Shown in pieces: positions 54,736 through 64,000 of a DNA stretch of 64,000 nucleotides. Each line of letters begins with the position of its first letter. Within the stretch, counting starts at the first letter, position 1. This DNA comes from Obrimoposthia wandeli. Lineage: Eukaryota. The stretch covers positions 62,001 to 126,000 of the forward strand of contig CDROCS010005705.1 of the NCBI GenBank assembly GCA_977020255.1, given 5' to 3'. Below the pieces are notes generated by a model. It did not search any database. It saw only the letters and a program-made list of their open reading frames with translations, and had not been told where the DNA came from. The position numbers and the translations under genes were made by a program.

Positions 54736-55047
54736 ATGCAAAACCAGAAAATCAGAATACGTCTGAAAGCGTTTGATCATCGCCTGATCGACACCTCAGC
54801 GCAAGAAATCGTAGATACTGCGAAGCGTACAGGTGCCCAGGTGCGTGGTCCGATCCCTCTTCCTACTCGCAAAGAGCGCGTAACAATATTGACTTCACCG
54901 CATGTAAACAAAGATGCACGTGATCAATACGAAATACGTACTCATAAGCGCGTTCTAGACATTGTTGAGCCAACTGAAAAAACGGTTGATGCCCTAATGA
55001 AACTAGATCTTGCTGCAGGTGTGGAAGTTCAGATTAGCTTAGGTTAA
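54736..55047 (+). CDS. rpsJ: 30S ribosomal protein S10
   Basis: [15 protein letters not shown]; true start 54736. Confidence 0.99.
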   Translation: MQNQKIRIRLKAFDHRLIDTSAQEIVDTAKRTGAQVRGPIPLPTRKERVTILTSPHVNKDARDQYEIRTHKRVLDIVEPTEKTVDALMKLDLAAGVEVQISLG

Positions 55048-55082
55048 TCAACGCGCTCAGAATATTCATAATGAAGCGCTAT

Positions 55083-55136
55083 TTGTGGAAGGCTCCTGAA
55101 ATGGGTCACCGTAGTGGGTTACAGTCCCGTACACAA
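55083..55136 (+). promoter_or_regulatory. Candidate cis-regulatory RNA mimicking 23S rRNA helices 18-20
   Basis: 23/26 identity to 41685..41710 plus a conserved three-way-junction layout; directly before the rplC SD. Confidence 0.75.
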
Positions 55137-55155
55137 CTGGCAAGAGGTATATAAA

Positions 55156-55794
55156 ATGTCTGTAGGTTTAATCGGACGAAAAGCGGGTATGACTCGCGTC
55201 TTCACTGAAGATGGCGTATCCGTGCCAGTCACGGTCATCGAGGTGGATCCGAACCGTGTTACACAGGTTAAAACAGCTGAAAACGATGGTTATCAAGCTA
55301 TTCAAGTGACTACTGGTACAGTAAAGGCGAATCGCCTTACTAAGCCAAAAGCTGGTCACTATGCTAAAGCTAACGTTGAAGCGGGCCGCGGTTTATGGGA
55401 GTTCCGCCTGTCGGGTGATGAAAGTATCAACGTTGGTGATTCACTAACAGTTGAGCGCTTTGAGGTTGGTCAGAAAGTTGATGTTACTGGAACGTCTAAA
55501 GGTAAAGGCTTCCAAGGTGGTGTTAAGCGTTGGAATTTCCAAATGCAAGACGCTACACACGGTAACTCACTATCTCACCGTGCCCCAGGTTCTATCGGCC
55601 AATGCCAAACACCAGGTCGTGTTTGGAAAGGCAAGAAAATGGCAGGTCAAATGGGTAATGTGCAAAGTACTGTGCAGACTCTAGAAGTTGTGCGTGTAGA
55701 CGCAGAACGCGGCTTGTTATTGATCAAAGGTGCTGTACCAGGTTCGACTGGCGGTGACGTAATCGTTAAACCAGCTGTTAAAGTTGGCGCCTAA
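55156..55794 (+). CDS. rplC: 50S ribosomal protein L3
   Basis: [21 protein letters not shown]; start 55156 after SD AAGAGGT. Confidence 0.99.
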   Translation: MSVGLIGRKAGMTRVFTEDGVSVPVTVIEVDPNRVTQVKTAENDGYQAIQVTTGTVKANRLTKPKAGHYAKANVEAGRGLWEFRLSGDESINVGDSLTVERFEVGQKVDVTGTSKGKGFQGGVKRWNFQMQDATHGNSLSHRAPGSIGQCQTPGRVWKGKKMAGQMGNVQSTVQTLEVVRVDAERGLLLIKGAVPGSTGGDVIVKPAVKVGA

Positions 55795-55805
55795 GGAGAC
55801 TTGAA

Positions 55806-56411
55806 ATGAACCTAAATCTAACTGGAACTACAGGATCGGTCGAAGTATCCGATGCTACGTTCGGTAAGGACTTTAACGAGGCGCTTGTTCATCAAGTTGT
55901 TACAGCTTATTTAGCTGGTGCTCGTCAAGGTACTAAAGCACAAAAGACTCGTTCAGACGTTTCTGGTGGTGGTGCTAAGCCATTCCGCCAAAAAGGTACT
56001 GGTCGTGCACGTGCTGGTACGATTCGTTCGCCAATCTGGCGTTCAGGTGGTACTACATTTGCTGCGCGTCCTCGCGATTTTAGCCAGAAAGTAAACAAGA
56101 AAATGTACCGTGCTGCGATGCGTTGTATCTTGTCTGAGCTAATTCGTCAAGAACGTCTTGTAGTAGTAGAAAGCTTCTCAGTAGACGCGCCAAAAACTAA
56201 GCAATTCATCGCTAAGATGGAAGAGTACAGCTTACAAAATGCGCTTCTGATCACCGAAGATGTTGAAATTAACTTGTACCTTGCTGCACGTAATGTGCCG
56301 CATGTTGATGTTCGCGATGCTGCTGGTATTGATCCAGTAAGCTTAGTTGGCTTCGATAAAGTGTTAGTTACGGTCGCTGCTTTGAAGAAAATTGAAGAGG
56401 TGTTGTCATGA
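55806..56411 (+). CDS. rplD: 50S ribosomal protein L4
   Basis: [14 protein letters not shown]. Confidence 0.99.
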   Translation: MNLNLTGTTGSVEVSDATFGKDFNEALVHQVVTAYLAGARQGTKAQKTRSDVSGGGAKPFRQKGTGRARAGTIRSPIWRSGGTTFAARPRDFSQKVNKKMYRAAMRCILSELIRQERLVVVESFSVDAPKTKQFIAKMEEYSLQNALLITEDVEINLYLAARNVPHVDVRDAAGIDPVSLVGFDKVLVTVAALKKIEEVLS

Positions 56412-56701
56412 ATCAGGAACGCCTATACCAAGTACTACTAGGTCCACACATATCAGAAAAGGCAACGATTGTTGCTGACGCAAGTCAGCAGGTTGTTTTT
56501 CGTGTGGCTAAAGACGCTACTAAAGTTGAAATCAAAGAAGCTGTTGAGAAGTTGTTTAACGTATCTGTTAAACGTGTAAACGTTCTTAACGCAAAAGGTA
56601 AGACCAAACGCACTGCACGCGGCTTAGGCAAGCGTAGTGATGTTCGCAAAGCATATGTATGCCTTGCTGATGGCTCTGAAATTGATTTCCTTGGCGAATA
56701 A
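56408..56701 (+). CDS. rplW: 50S ribosomal protein L23
   Basis: [11 protein letters not shown]-like RKAYV. Confidence 0.98.
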   Translation: MNQERLYQVLLGPHISEKATIVADASQQVVFRVAKDATKVEIKEAVEKLFNVSVKRVNVLNAKGKTKRTARGLGKRSDVRKAYVCLADGSEIDFLGE

Positions 56702-56713
56702 GGAGTTTAGATA

Positions 56714-57541
56714 ATGGCTATTATTAAGACAAAGCCGACTTCTGCTGGTCGTCGCCATTTAGTTAAAATTGTCAATGCTGAATTGCATAAAGGCAAACCT
56801 TTAGCTTCATTGGTTGAAAAGAAAAGCAAAAGCGGTGGACGTAACAACAACGGTCGCATTACGACTCGTCACATTGGTGGCGGTCATAAGCAGCATTACC
56901 GTATGGTTGATTTTCGTCGCAATAAAGATGGTATTCCAGCGACAGTTGAGCGTCTAGAATACGATCCAAACCGTTCAGCGCATCTTGCATTGCTAGTTTA
57001 TGCAGATGGCGAACGTCGTTACATTATTGCTCCAAAAGGTGTAAGTGCTGGTGCAAAATTGATTTCAGGTGCTAACGCTGAAATCAAAGTTGGCAACAAC
57101 ATGCCAATCCGCAATATGCCTTTAGGTAGTGTGATTCACTGTATCGAGCTTAAGCCAGGTAAGGGTGCGCAAATTGCACGTTCTGCTGGTACTTACGCTC
57201 AGCTAGTTGCTCGTGAAGGTATGTACGCTACACTGCGTCTACGTTCAGGCGAAATGCGCAAAGTACTTGTAGAATGTACTGCGACTTTCGGAGAAGTTGG
57301 TAATGGTGAGCACAGCCTTCGTCGTCTGGGTAAAGCTGGTGCTAAGCGCTGGCGTGGTGTTCGTCCTACCGTTCGCGGTGTGGCAATGAACCCAGTCGAT
57401 CACCCACATGGTGGTGGTGAAGGTCGTACCTCTGGTGGTCGTCATCCTGTTACTCCATGGGGCGTACCTACTAAGGGCTATAAAACACGTAAGAACAAGC
57501 GTACTGACAAGTTAATCGTCCGTCGCCGTTCTGCTAAGTAA
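56714..57541 (+). CDS. rplB: 50S ribosomal protein L2
   Basis: [22 protein letters not shown]. Confidence 0.99.
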   Translation: MAIIKTKPTSAGRRHLVKIVNAELHKGKPLASLVEKKSKSGGRNNNGRITTRHIGGGHKQHYRMVDFRRNKDGIPATVERLEYDPNRSAHLALLVYADGERRYIIAPKGVSAGAKLISGANAEIKVGNNMPIRNMPLGSVIHCIELKPGKGAQIARSAGTYAQLVAREGMYATLRLRSGEMRKVLVECTATFGEVGNGEHSLRRLGKAGAKRWRGVRPTVRGVAMNPVDHPHGGGEGRTSGGRHPVTPWGVPTKGYKTRKNKRTDKLIVRRRSAK

Positions 57542-57559
57542 TTAATTGAGGATATAGCT

Positions 57560-57835
57560 GTGCCACGTTCACTGAAGAAAGGTCCATTTATCGACCTTCA
57601 CCTGTTGAAAAAGGTAGAAGCTGCAATTGAAGCAGGCGAACGCCGTCCAATCAAGACATGGTCGCGTCGCTCTACAATCTTTCCACATTTTGTAGGATTG
57701 ACTATTGCAGTTCACAACGGCCGCCAGCACGTTCCAGTTTTCGTAACTGAAGACATGGTCGGCCATAAATTAGGCGAATTTGCAGGAACACGTACATACC
57801 GTGGTCACTCTGCAGATAAAAAAGCCAAGCGCTAA
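57560..57835 (+). CDS. rpsS: 30S ribosomal protein S19
   Basis: [16 protein letters not shown]. Confidence 0.99.
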   Translation: MPRSLKKGPFIDLHLLKKVEAAIEAGERRPIKTWSRRSTIFPHFVGLTIAVHNGRQHVPVFVTEDMVGHKLGEFAGTRTYRGHSADKKAKR

Positions 57836-57843
57836 GGGGATAG

Positions 57844-58176
57844 ATGATGGAAGTCGCTGCAAAGCTAAACGGCGCTCGCATTTCTGCTCAGAAAGTGCGT
57901 TTGGTAGCCGATCAAATTAGAGGCAAGTCAATTGCAGAGGCGCTGGACATTTTAACGTTCAGCCCTAAGAAAGCTGCGGTTATCGTTAAAAAAGTGTTGG
58001 AGTCTGCTATTGCAAACGCTGAACACAATGAAGGCGCTGATATTGACGAACTTCGAGTGTCTACAATCTTCGTTGACGAAGGTGTGACAATGAAGCGTAT
58101 TAGTCCACGTGCTAAAGGTCGTGCTGACCGCATCCTTAAGCGTAACTCTCACATCACCGTTAAGGTGTCTGATTAA
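57844..58176 (+). CDS. rplV: 50S ribosomal protein L22
   Basis: [17 protein letters not shown]. Confidence 0.99.
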   Translation: MMEVAAKLNGARISAQKVRLVADQIRGKSIAEALDILTFSPKKAAVIVKKVLESAIANAEHNEGADIDELRVSTIFVDEGVTMKRISPRAKGRADRILKRNSHITVKVSD

Positions 58177-58193
58177 GCGCTAGGAGACTTATC

Positions 58194-58877
58194 ATGGGTC
58201 AAAAGATACATCCTACGGGTATTCGTCTTGGTATTGTCAAGGATCATACTTCTGTATGGTACGCTGACAAAGGCGAGTACGCTGTAAAGTTATTAAGCGA
58301 TCTTAAAGTACGTAAGTACTTAGAAGAGAAGCTAGTTAATGCATCTGTAAGTCGCATCGAAATCGAGCGTCCTGCACAAAATGCAAAAATCACCATTTTT
58401 ACTGCACGTCCTGGGATTGTGATCGGTAAGAAAGGTGAAGATGTAGAGAAGCTACGTAATGCTTGCTCTAAGATGATGGGTGTTCCTGCTCACATCAACA
58501 TCGAAGAGATTCGCAAGCCTGAGCTTGATGCTAAATTGGTTGCACAGTCTGTTGCTAGCCAGTTAGAGCGTCGAGTTATGTTCCGTCGCGCTATGAAGCG
58601 TGCAGTGCAAAACGCTATGCGTTTAGGCGCTAAAGGAATTAAAATTCAGGTTGGCGGTCGTCTAGGTGGTGCTGAAATCGCTCGTTCTGAGTGGTATCGT
58701 GAAGGACGTGTGCCATTGCATACATTCCGTGCAGATATCGATTACTCAGCTTATGAGGCGCACACGCAATACGGTGTGATCGGCATTAAAGTTTGGATCT
58801 TCAAGGGCGAAATTTTAGGGGGCATCGAAGAAGTTCGTGCAACTCGTAAAGCTGCGCCTAAAAAGAAGTCTAAGTGA
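58194..58877 (+). CDS. rpsC: 30S ribosomal protein S3
   Basis: [19 protein letters not shown]. Confidence 0.99.
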   Translation: MGQKIHPTGIRLGIVKDHTSVWYADKGEYAVKLLSDLKVRKYLEEKLVNASVSRIEIERPAQNAKITIFTARPGIVIGKKGEDVEKLRNACSKMMGVPAHINIEEIRKPELDAKLVAQSVASQLERRVMFRRAMKRAVQNAMRLGAKGIKIQVGGRLGGAEIARSEWYREGRVPLHTFRADIDYSAYEAHTQYGVIGIKVWIFKGEILGGIEEVRATRKAAPKKKSK

Positions 58878-58888
58878 GGTAGAGATCA

Positions 58889-59302
58889 ATGCTACAACCT
58901 AAACGACTAAAATTCCGCAAAATGATGAAGGGCCGCAACCGCGGTCTTGCACAGCGCGGTTCTAAGATTAGCTTCGGCGAAATTGGACTTAAAGCGACTG
59001 GTCGCGGACGTATTACTGCACGTCAGATCGAAGCTGCTCGTCGTACTATGACACGTCACGTAAAGCGTGGTGGTAAGATCTGGATAAGAATTTTCCCAGA
59101 CAAGCCAATCACCAACAAGCCGCTTGAAGTGCGTATGGGTAAAGGTAAAGGTAATGTTGAATACTGGGTTTGCCAGATTCAGCCTGGCCGTGTACTTTTT
59201 GAAATGAGTGGTGTTCCAGATGAATTGGCAATAGAGGCTTTCAAGCTTGCTGCTGCTAAATTGCCACTGGCAACGACCATCGTCAAACGGACGGTAATGT
59301 AA
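58889..59302 (+). CDS. rplP: 50S ribosomal protein L16
   Basis: MLQPKR.KFRK, RMGKGKG. Confidence 0.99.
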   Translation: MLQPKRLKFRKMMKGRNRGLAQRGSKISFGEIGLKATGRGRITARQIEAARRTMTRHVKRGGKIWIRIFPDKPITNKPLEVRMGKGKGNVEYWVCQIQPGRVLFEMSGVPDELAIEAFKLAAAKLPLATTIVKRTVM

Positions 59303-59496
59303 TGAAAGCGAACGATTTGCGTGAAAAAAACCCAGAAGAGCTACAGCAGCAGTTGTTAGATCTTTTGAAAGATCAGTTTAATTTGCGTATGCAAAAGTTA
59401 TCTGGTCAACTAACTCAATCTCACCTATTAGGTCAGACTAAGCGTGATATTGCTCGCGTTAGAACGCTACTTAATGAAAAAGCAGGTGGTAAATAA
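59302..59496 (+). CDS. rpmC: 50S ribosomal protein L29
   Basis: [16 protein letters not shown]. Confidence 0.98.
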   Translation: MKANDLREKNPEELQQQLLDLLKDQFNLRMQKLSGQLTQSHLLGQTKRDIARVRTLLNEKAGGK

Positions 59497-59759
59497 TGAG
59501 CGCTGAAAAACGTACAAAGACTGTAGTCGGTCGTGTTGTCTCTGACAAGATGGATAAGACTATCACTGTCTTGGTTGAACGTACCGAGAAACACCCAGTA
59601 TATGGGAAGTTCATGAAGCGTTCCTCCAAAATGCACGCTCACGATGAGAAAAATGAGTGCCGTGAAGGGGATCTTGTAACGATCGCTGAATCACGTCCTT
59701 ATTCCAAGACTAAAACTTGGATACTCGTAAGCATTGAAGAAAGTGCTGCGAAGGTGTAG
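59496..59759 (+). CDS. rpsQ: 30S ribosomal protein S17
   Basis: [15 protein letters not shown]. Confidence 0.98.
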   Translation: MSAEKRTKTVVGRVVSDKMDKTITVLVERTEKHPVYGKFMKRSSKMHAHDEKNECREGDLVTIAESRPYSKTKTWILVSIEESAAKV

Positions 59760-59762
59760 AAT
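59734..59762 (+). promoter_or_regulatory. spc operon promoter embedded in the rpsQ 3' end
   Basis: TTGAAG-17bp-TAGAAT; the TAG is the rpsQ stop; discriminator ACGCCC. Confidence 0.65.
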
Positions 59763-59841
59763 ACGCCCTCGCTCCATTTGATTGGTAGAAAAAATAACTA
59801 AGTTGTTGTTTTTTCTGCTCTTAGAAAATTTGGAGTAAAAC

Positions 59842-60210
59842 ATGATTCAAACAGAATCAATGCTTGATGTTGCTGATAACAGCGGCGCCAAGCGAGTACA
59901 GTGTATTAAAGTCTTAGGTGGATCCCACCGTCGTTACGCTCGTATCGGCGACATTATTAAAATTACTGTAAAGGAAGCAATTCCACGCGGTAAGGTTAAG
60001 AAAGGTCAAGTACTTAACGCTGTTGTAGTGCGTACCCGTAAAGGTGTTCGTCGTCCAGATGGTTCAGTTATCCGTTTTGATGTTAATTCAGCGGTTATAT
60101 TGAATGCTAACAACGACCCATTAGGTACTCGTATTTTTGGTCCAGTGACTCGTGAGCTTCGTACAACGAAGTTTATGAAAATCATTTCCCTGGCGCCTGA
60201 AGTGCTTTAA
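59842..60210 (+). CDS. rplN: 50S ribosomal protein L14
   Basis: [15 protein letters not shown]. Confidence 0.99.
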   Translation: MIQTESMLDVADNSGAKRVQCIKVLGGSHRRYARIGDIIKITVKEAIPRGKVKKGQVLNAVVVRTRKGVRRPDGSVIRFDVNSAVILNANNDPLGTRIFGPVTRELRTTKFMKIISLAPEVL

Positions 60211-60310
60211 ACCTCAGTTCAAATAACTGAAGTTTTTTTAAAACGCCAATTCCGCAAGGTCTTGGCGTTTTTCGGCATGAGCAGGTAGTAGGAAACGATA
60301 AAGGTGTATT

Positions 60311-60625
60311 ATGCGTAAGATTAAAGGTAGTGACGAAGTAATCGTTATTGCAGGTAGAGACAAAGGAAAGCGCGGTAAAGTTATGCGCATCCTAGAAAAC
60401 GATCTATTGATCGTTTCTGGTATCAACATGGTGAAGAAGCACACTAAGCCTAACCCACAAGCTCAACAGCCGGGTGGAATAGTAGAGAAGGAAGCGACTA
60501 TTGCTCTTTCTAACGTTGCGATCTTCAATCCTGCCACTGGCAAGGGTGACCGTGTTGGCTTCAAGAAACTTGAAGATGGCACTAAAGTTCGCTTCTTCAA
60601 ATCTAACGGCGAAGTCGTCGCTTAA
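60311..60625 (+). CDS. rplX: 50S ribosomal protein L24
   Basis: [14 protein letters not shown] motif. Confidence 0.99.
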   Translation: MRKIKGSDEVIVIAGRDKGKRGKVMRILENDLLIVSGINMVKKHTKPNPQAQQPGGIVEKEATIALSNVAIFNPATGKGDRVGFKKLEDGTKVRFFKSNGEVVA

Positions 60626-60640
60626 TAAGGAGCTAATACC

Positions 60641-61180
60641 ATGTCTAGATTAAAAGCGCTTTACGCTAGCGAAGTTAAAAGCAAATTAAAAGAAGAGTTG
60701 AATAGCGCTAACGTTATGGCTATTCCTCGCTTGACTAAAATCACCCTAAATATGGGTGTTGGTGAAGCAATTGCTGACAAGAAGCAAATGGAGCATGCTG
60801 TAAGAGACATGACTCAGATTTCTGGTCAGAAGCCTGTTGTTACTTTGGCACGTAAATCCATTGCTGGATTTAAAGTGCGTGAAGAGTGGCCTATCGGTTG
60901 TAAAGTAACACTGCGCGGACAGCAGATGTGGGAATTTCTTGATCGTTTGATCGATATTTCAATTCCTCGTATCCGCGATTTCCGTGGCTTAAATCCAAAA
61001 TCATTTGATGGTCGTGGAAATTACAGCATGGGTATTAAAGAGCAGATTATCTTCCCGGAAATCGACTTTGATAAAGTTGATAAAATCCGTGGTATGGATA
61101 TTACAATCACAACCACTGCTAAGAATAATGATGAGGGTCGTGCATTGCTGACTGCTCTGAATTTTCCATTCAAGAAGTGA
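60641..61180 (+). CDS. rplE: 50S ribosomal protein L5
   Basis: [16 protein letters not shown]. Confidence 0.99.
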   Translation: MSRLKALYASEVKSKLKEELNSANVMAIPRLTKITLNMGVGEAIADKKQMEHAVRDMTQISGQKPVVTLARKSIAGFKVREEWPIGCKVTLRGQQMWEFLDRLIDISIPRIRDFRGLNPKSFDGRGNYSMGIKEQIIFPEIDFDKVDKIRGMDITITTTAKNNDEGRALLTALNFPFKK

Positions 61181-61194
61181 TAGGGGTTTAAGAA

Positions 61195-61500
61195 ATGGCT
61201 AAATCATCTATGGTAGCGCGTGAAACAAAGCGTACCAAATGTGTAGAAAAGTTTGCAGTTAAGCGTGATAGCTTGAGAGCAATCGTAAAGAGCATTAATT
61301 CTTCTGATGAAGAACGTTGGGAAGCCACTGTTGCTCTACAAAAATTACCACGTGATTCTAGTAAATCTCGCCAGCGTAACCGCTGCCAGATTACTGGTCG
61401 TCCACATGGTGTTTACCGCAAGTTTGGCTTGAGCCGTATTAAGTTACGCGAAGCTGCAATGCGTGGTGATGTACCAGGTTTAAAGAAAGCTAGCTGGTAA
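61195..61500 (+). CDS. rpsN: 30S ribosomal protein S14 (long, non-zinc form)
   Basis: [19 protein letters not shown]. Confidence 0.99.
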   Translation: MAKSSMVARETKRTKCVEKFAVKRDSLRAIVKSINSSDEERWEATVALQKLPRDSSKSRQRNRCQITGRPHGVYRKFGLSRIKLREAAMRGDVPGLKKASW

Positions 61501-61615
61501 TAACTGGTTAGAAAATGATAAGCACGGTGGACAGGGCGCTGTTTATAAAGGCAAGGTAACTTGACCCAATAACAGTAGCTACCGCACTGTGCTGCACTGT
61601 AAGGAAGTAAATAGC

Positions 61616-62008
61616 ATGAGCATGCAAGATACCCTAGCAGATATGATCACTCGTATCCGTAACGGGCACATGGCGACTAAAGTTGCCGTATCTATGCCAT
61701 CTTCCAAGTTGAAGGTTTCTCTAGCAAAATTGCTACAGGACGAAGGTTTTATCACAGGCTACTCAGTAGAAGGTGATGTTAAACCGGTTCTTAGCGTTGA
61801 GCTTAAGTACTTCGAAGGAAGATCGGTAATCGAAGAAATTACGCGCGTTAGCCGTCCAGGTTTACGTATCTACAAAGGTGTATCTGAGTTACCAAAAGTA
61901 TCTGGTGGTTTAGGTGTCGCTGTTGTTTCAACAAGCAAAGGCTTGATGAGCGACCGCGCTGCACGCGCTGCCGGTATCGGCGGTGAAGTCATCTGTACAG
62001 TATTCTAA
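61616..62008 (+). CDS. rpsH: 30S ribosomal protein S8
   Basis: [16 protein letters not shown]; start 61616. Confidence 0.99.
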   Translation: MSMQDTLADMITRIRNGHMATKVAVSMPSSKLKVSLAKLLQDEGFITGYSVEGDVKPVLSVELKYFEGRSVIEEITRVSRPGLRIYKGVSELPKVSGGLGVAVVSTSKGLMSDRAARAAGIGGEVICTVF

Positions 62009-62018
62009 GGGGAATAAT

Positions 62019-62552
62019 ATGTCACGTATTGCAAAAAATCCCGTTACTATACCTGCAGGTGTTGAGCTAACGCTCAAAGGTAATAGCGTTAGTGTGAAAG
62101 GTGCTAAAGGCACTTTATCAATGGATATGCATACATCTGTATCTATTGCACACGAAGATGGTCAAGTTCAAGTAAGTGCACGTGATGGTTCTAAAGCCTC
62201 GCGCGCTATGTCGGGTACTGCTCGTTCGCTAATCAACAACATGGTTGTTGGTGTGCACGAAGGTTTTTCTAAGACTTTGTTATTACAAGGTGTTGGTTAT
62301 CGTGCTGCAGCAAAGGGTAAAGTACTTAGCTTAACTTTAGGTTTTTCTCACCCTGTTGAGCATGACTTACCTGAAGGAATTACAGCTGAGACACCGAATC
62401 AGACTACTATCGTTATCAGTGGTTCTGACAAGCAGAAAGTTGGCCAAGTGGCAGCAGAAGTTCGTGGATATCGTCCTCCAGAGCCTTATAAAGGTAAAGG
62501 TGTACGTTATGCCGATGAGTATGTTCGTCGTAAAGAAGCTAAGAAGAAGTAG
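62019..62552 (+). CDS. rplF: 50S ribosomal protein L6
   Basis: [16 protein letters not shown]; start 62019. Confidence 0.99.
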   Translation: MSRIAKNPVTIPAGVELTLKGNSVSVKGAKGTLSMDMHTSVSIAHEDGQVQVSARDGSKASRAMSGTARSLINNMVVGVHEGFSKTLLLQGVGYRAAAKGKVLSLTLGFSHPVEHDLPEGITAETPNQTTIVISGSDKQKVGQVAAEVRGYRPPEPYKGKGVRYADEYVRRKEAKKK

Positions 62553-62565
62553 GTAGGACAAGGTT

Positions 62566-62916
62566 ATGAATGCTAAGAAAGTATCTCGCGTCCGTCGCTC
62601 ACTACGTTCACGTATTAAAATGCGTGAACTCGGTGCAATGCGACTGACCGTCAATCGTACACCGCGTCACATCTACGCACAAATTATCTCTGCTGATGGA
62701 AGTCAAGTTCTCGCAACTGCTTCAACGGTAGAAAAAGATATGCGTGCTGAAGCAACTGGAAACGTCGATGCGGCGCAGAAAGTTGGTTCTCTGATTGCTG
62801 AACGTGCTAAAGAAGCAGGTGTCACAAAGGTTGCTTTTGACCGCTCTGGATTTAAATTCCACGGCCGTGTAAAAGCTTTAGCTGATGCAGCCCGTGAAGG
62901 CGGCCTGGAATTCTAA
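62566..62916 (+). CDS. rplR: 50S ribosomal protein L18
   Basis: [12 protein letters not shown]. Confidence 0.99.
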   Translation: MNAKKVSRVRRSLRSRIKMRELGAMRLTVNRTPRHIYAQIISADGSQVLATASTVEKDMRAEATGNVDAAQKVGSLIAERAKEAGVTKVAFDRSGFKFHGRVKALADAAREGGLEF

Positions 62917-62927
62917 AGGGGTCTTAA

Positions 62928-63428
62928 ATGTCCAATCACGAACAAAAAGATGGTGAACTACAGGAAAAATTAGTTCAAGTAAACCGCGTTGCCAAAGTAG
63001 TAAAAGGTGGACGTATTTTCGGTTTTACAGCACTAACTGTAGTTGGCGACGGTAAAGGTCGCGTAGGTTTCGGACGTGGTAAAGCACGTGAAGTTCCAGT
63101 TGCTATTCAAAAAGCAATGGAAGCGGCACGTCGCAACATGATCCGTGTTGAATTAAATGGTGACACGTTACAGTACCCAATCAAAGCACGTCATGGAGCC
63201 TCTAAGGTTTACATGCAGCCTGCTTCTGCTGGTACTGGTGTAATCGCCGGTGGTGCAATGCGTGCAGTTCTAGAAATTGCAGGTGTTCACAACGTACTAG
63301 CTAAGTGTTACGGATCTACGAATCCAGTAAACGTGGTACGTGCAACAGTTAACGGTTTGAAGCAAATGCGCTCACCGGACGACGTTGCTGCCAAGCGCGG
63401 TTTAACTGTTGATGAGATTTTGGGGTAA
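62928..63428 (+). CDS. rpsE: 30S ribosomal protein S5
   Basis: [18 protein letters not shown]. Confidence 0.99.
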   Translation: MSNHEQKDGELQEKLVQVNRVAKVVKGGRIFGFTALTVVGDGKGRVGFGRGKAREVPVAIQKAMEAARRNMIRVELNGDTLQYPIKARHGASKVYMQPASAGTGVIAGGAMRAVLEIAGVHNVLAKCYGSTNPVNVVRATVNGLKQMRSPDDVAAKRGLTVDEILG

Positions 63429-63434
63429 TAAGAC

Positions 63435-63614
63435 ATGGCTAATACTGTAAAAGTTACGCTAGTTCGTAGCCCAATTGGTACCCTTCCTAAGCACAAGCTT
63501 TGTGTTAAAGGATTGGGATTACGTCGTATGGGTCATACTGTTGAAGTTGAAGATACACCTTCAGTTCGCGGAATGATCAACAAAGTTCACTACTTGCTAA
63601 AAGTAGAAGACTAG
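63435..63614 (+). CDS. rpmD: 50S ribosomal protein L30 (absent from the ORF track, 59 aa)
   Basis: Translated by hand: [15 protein letters not shown]...[26 protein letters not shown]. Confidence 0.97.
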   Translation: MANTVKVTLVRSPIGTLPKHKLCVKGLGLRRMGHTVEVEDTPSVRGMINKVHYLLKVED

Positions 63615-63622
63615 GGGTTATT

Positions 63623-64000
63623 ATGCATTTAAATACAATTAGCCCTGCTGCTGGTTCTAATCCAGAGCGTAAGCGCGCAGGTCGCGGTATCGGTTCTGGT
63701 CTAGGCAAAACAGCTGGACGTGGTCACAAGGGTCAAAAAAGTCGCTCAGGCGGTAAAGTAAGACCAGGTTTTGAAGGCGGTCAAATGCCATTGCAACAAC
63801 GTTTGCCAAAATTTGGTTTTACATCGCGTAAAGCACGTTATGTAGCTGAAATTCGTTTGAACGAACTTGCTAAAGTTCAGGCGGACGTTGTCGATTTAGC
63901 AGCGCTTAAAGCAGCTGATTTGATCGGTCACGAAATTAAAGTAGTTCGTATTATTCTCTCTGGTGAGATTAATAAAGCAGTTAGCGTTAAAGGTCTGAAA
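63623..64000 (+). CDS. rplO: 50S ribosomal protein L15, truncated by the window end
   Basis: MHLNTISP...[22 protein letters not shown]...GFEGGQMPL. Confidence 0.97.
   Translation, partial: MHLNTISPAAGSNPERKRAGRGIGSGLGKTAGRGHKGQKSRSGGKVRPGFEGGQMPLQQRLPKFGFTSRKARYVAEIRLNELAKVQADVVDLAALKAADLIGHEIKVVRIILSGEINKAVSVKGLK

Noticed and set aside
2223-62018. Extended N-termini in the ORF track for thyA, IclR, dctM, rpsJ, rplC, rpsH, rplF
   Set aside because: SD position and family N-termini indicate downstream starts
1-64000. CRISPR arrays, integrase/transposase, prophage or defence genes
   Set aside because: No regularly spaced repeat-spacer array and no such ORFs seen; the amidase lacks any phage context

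Overview
Core translation/transcription region of a marine-type gammaproteobacterium. It is probably Oceanospirillales-like; this is inferred from the EF-Tu insert, gene order and rRNA, and was not checked against a database. Left part: ptsP end, NRDE, lgt-thyA-folA-birA-coaX, four tRNAs-tufB, trpT-secE-nusG, rplKAJL-rpoBC, rpsLG-fusA-tufA. A ~30 kb accessory block then separates tufA from rpsJ. It holds a MocR regulator, a GMC oxidoreductase/IclR/TRAP cluster resembling isethionate (ise) clusters, a candidate Fur-controlled PrrF-like sRNA, and a phosphonate regulon (phnR-like, HAD, phnX, EamA ... 2-AEP ABC transporter) lying on both sides of a complete rRNA operon. It also holds a PhyH dioxygenase/LysR pair, a BCCT pseudogene, a Pol I-thumb-like miniprotein and a secreted amidase. 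Right part: S10 and spc operons to the window end. Best leads: (1) a near-exact mimic of the 23S rRNA L4/L24-binding junction in the rpsJ-rplC spacer, just before the rplC ribosome-binding site; (2) the unannotated Fur-box sRNA; (3) a phnW-less phosphonatase regulon linked across the rRNA operon by shared operators and Pho boxes. No CRISPR array or intact transposase was seen. All coordinates and motif matches were read by eye.
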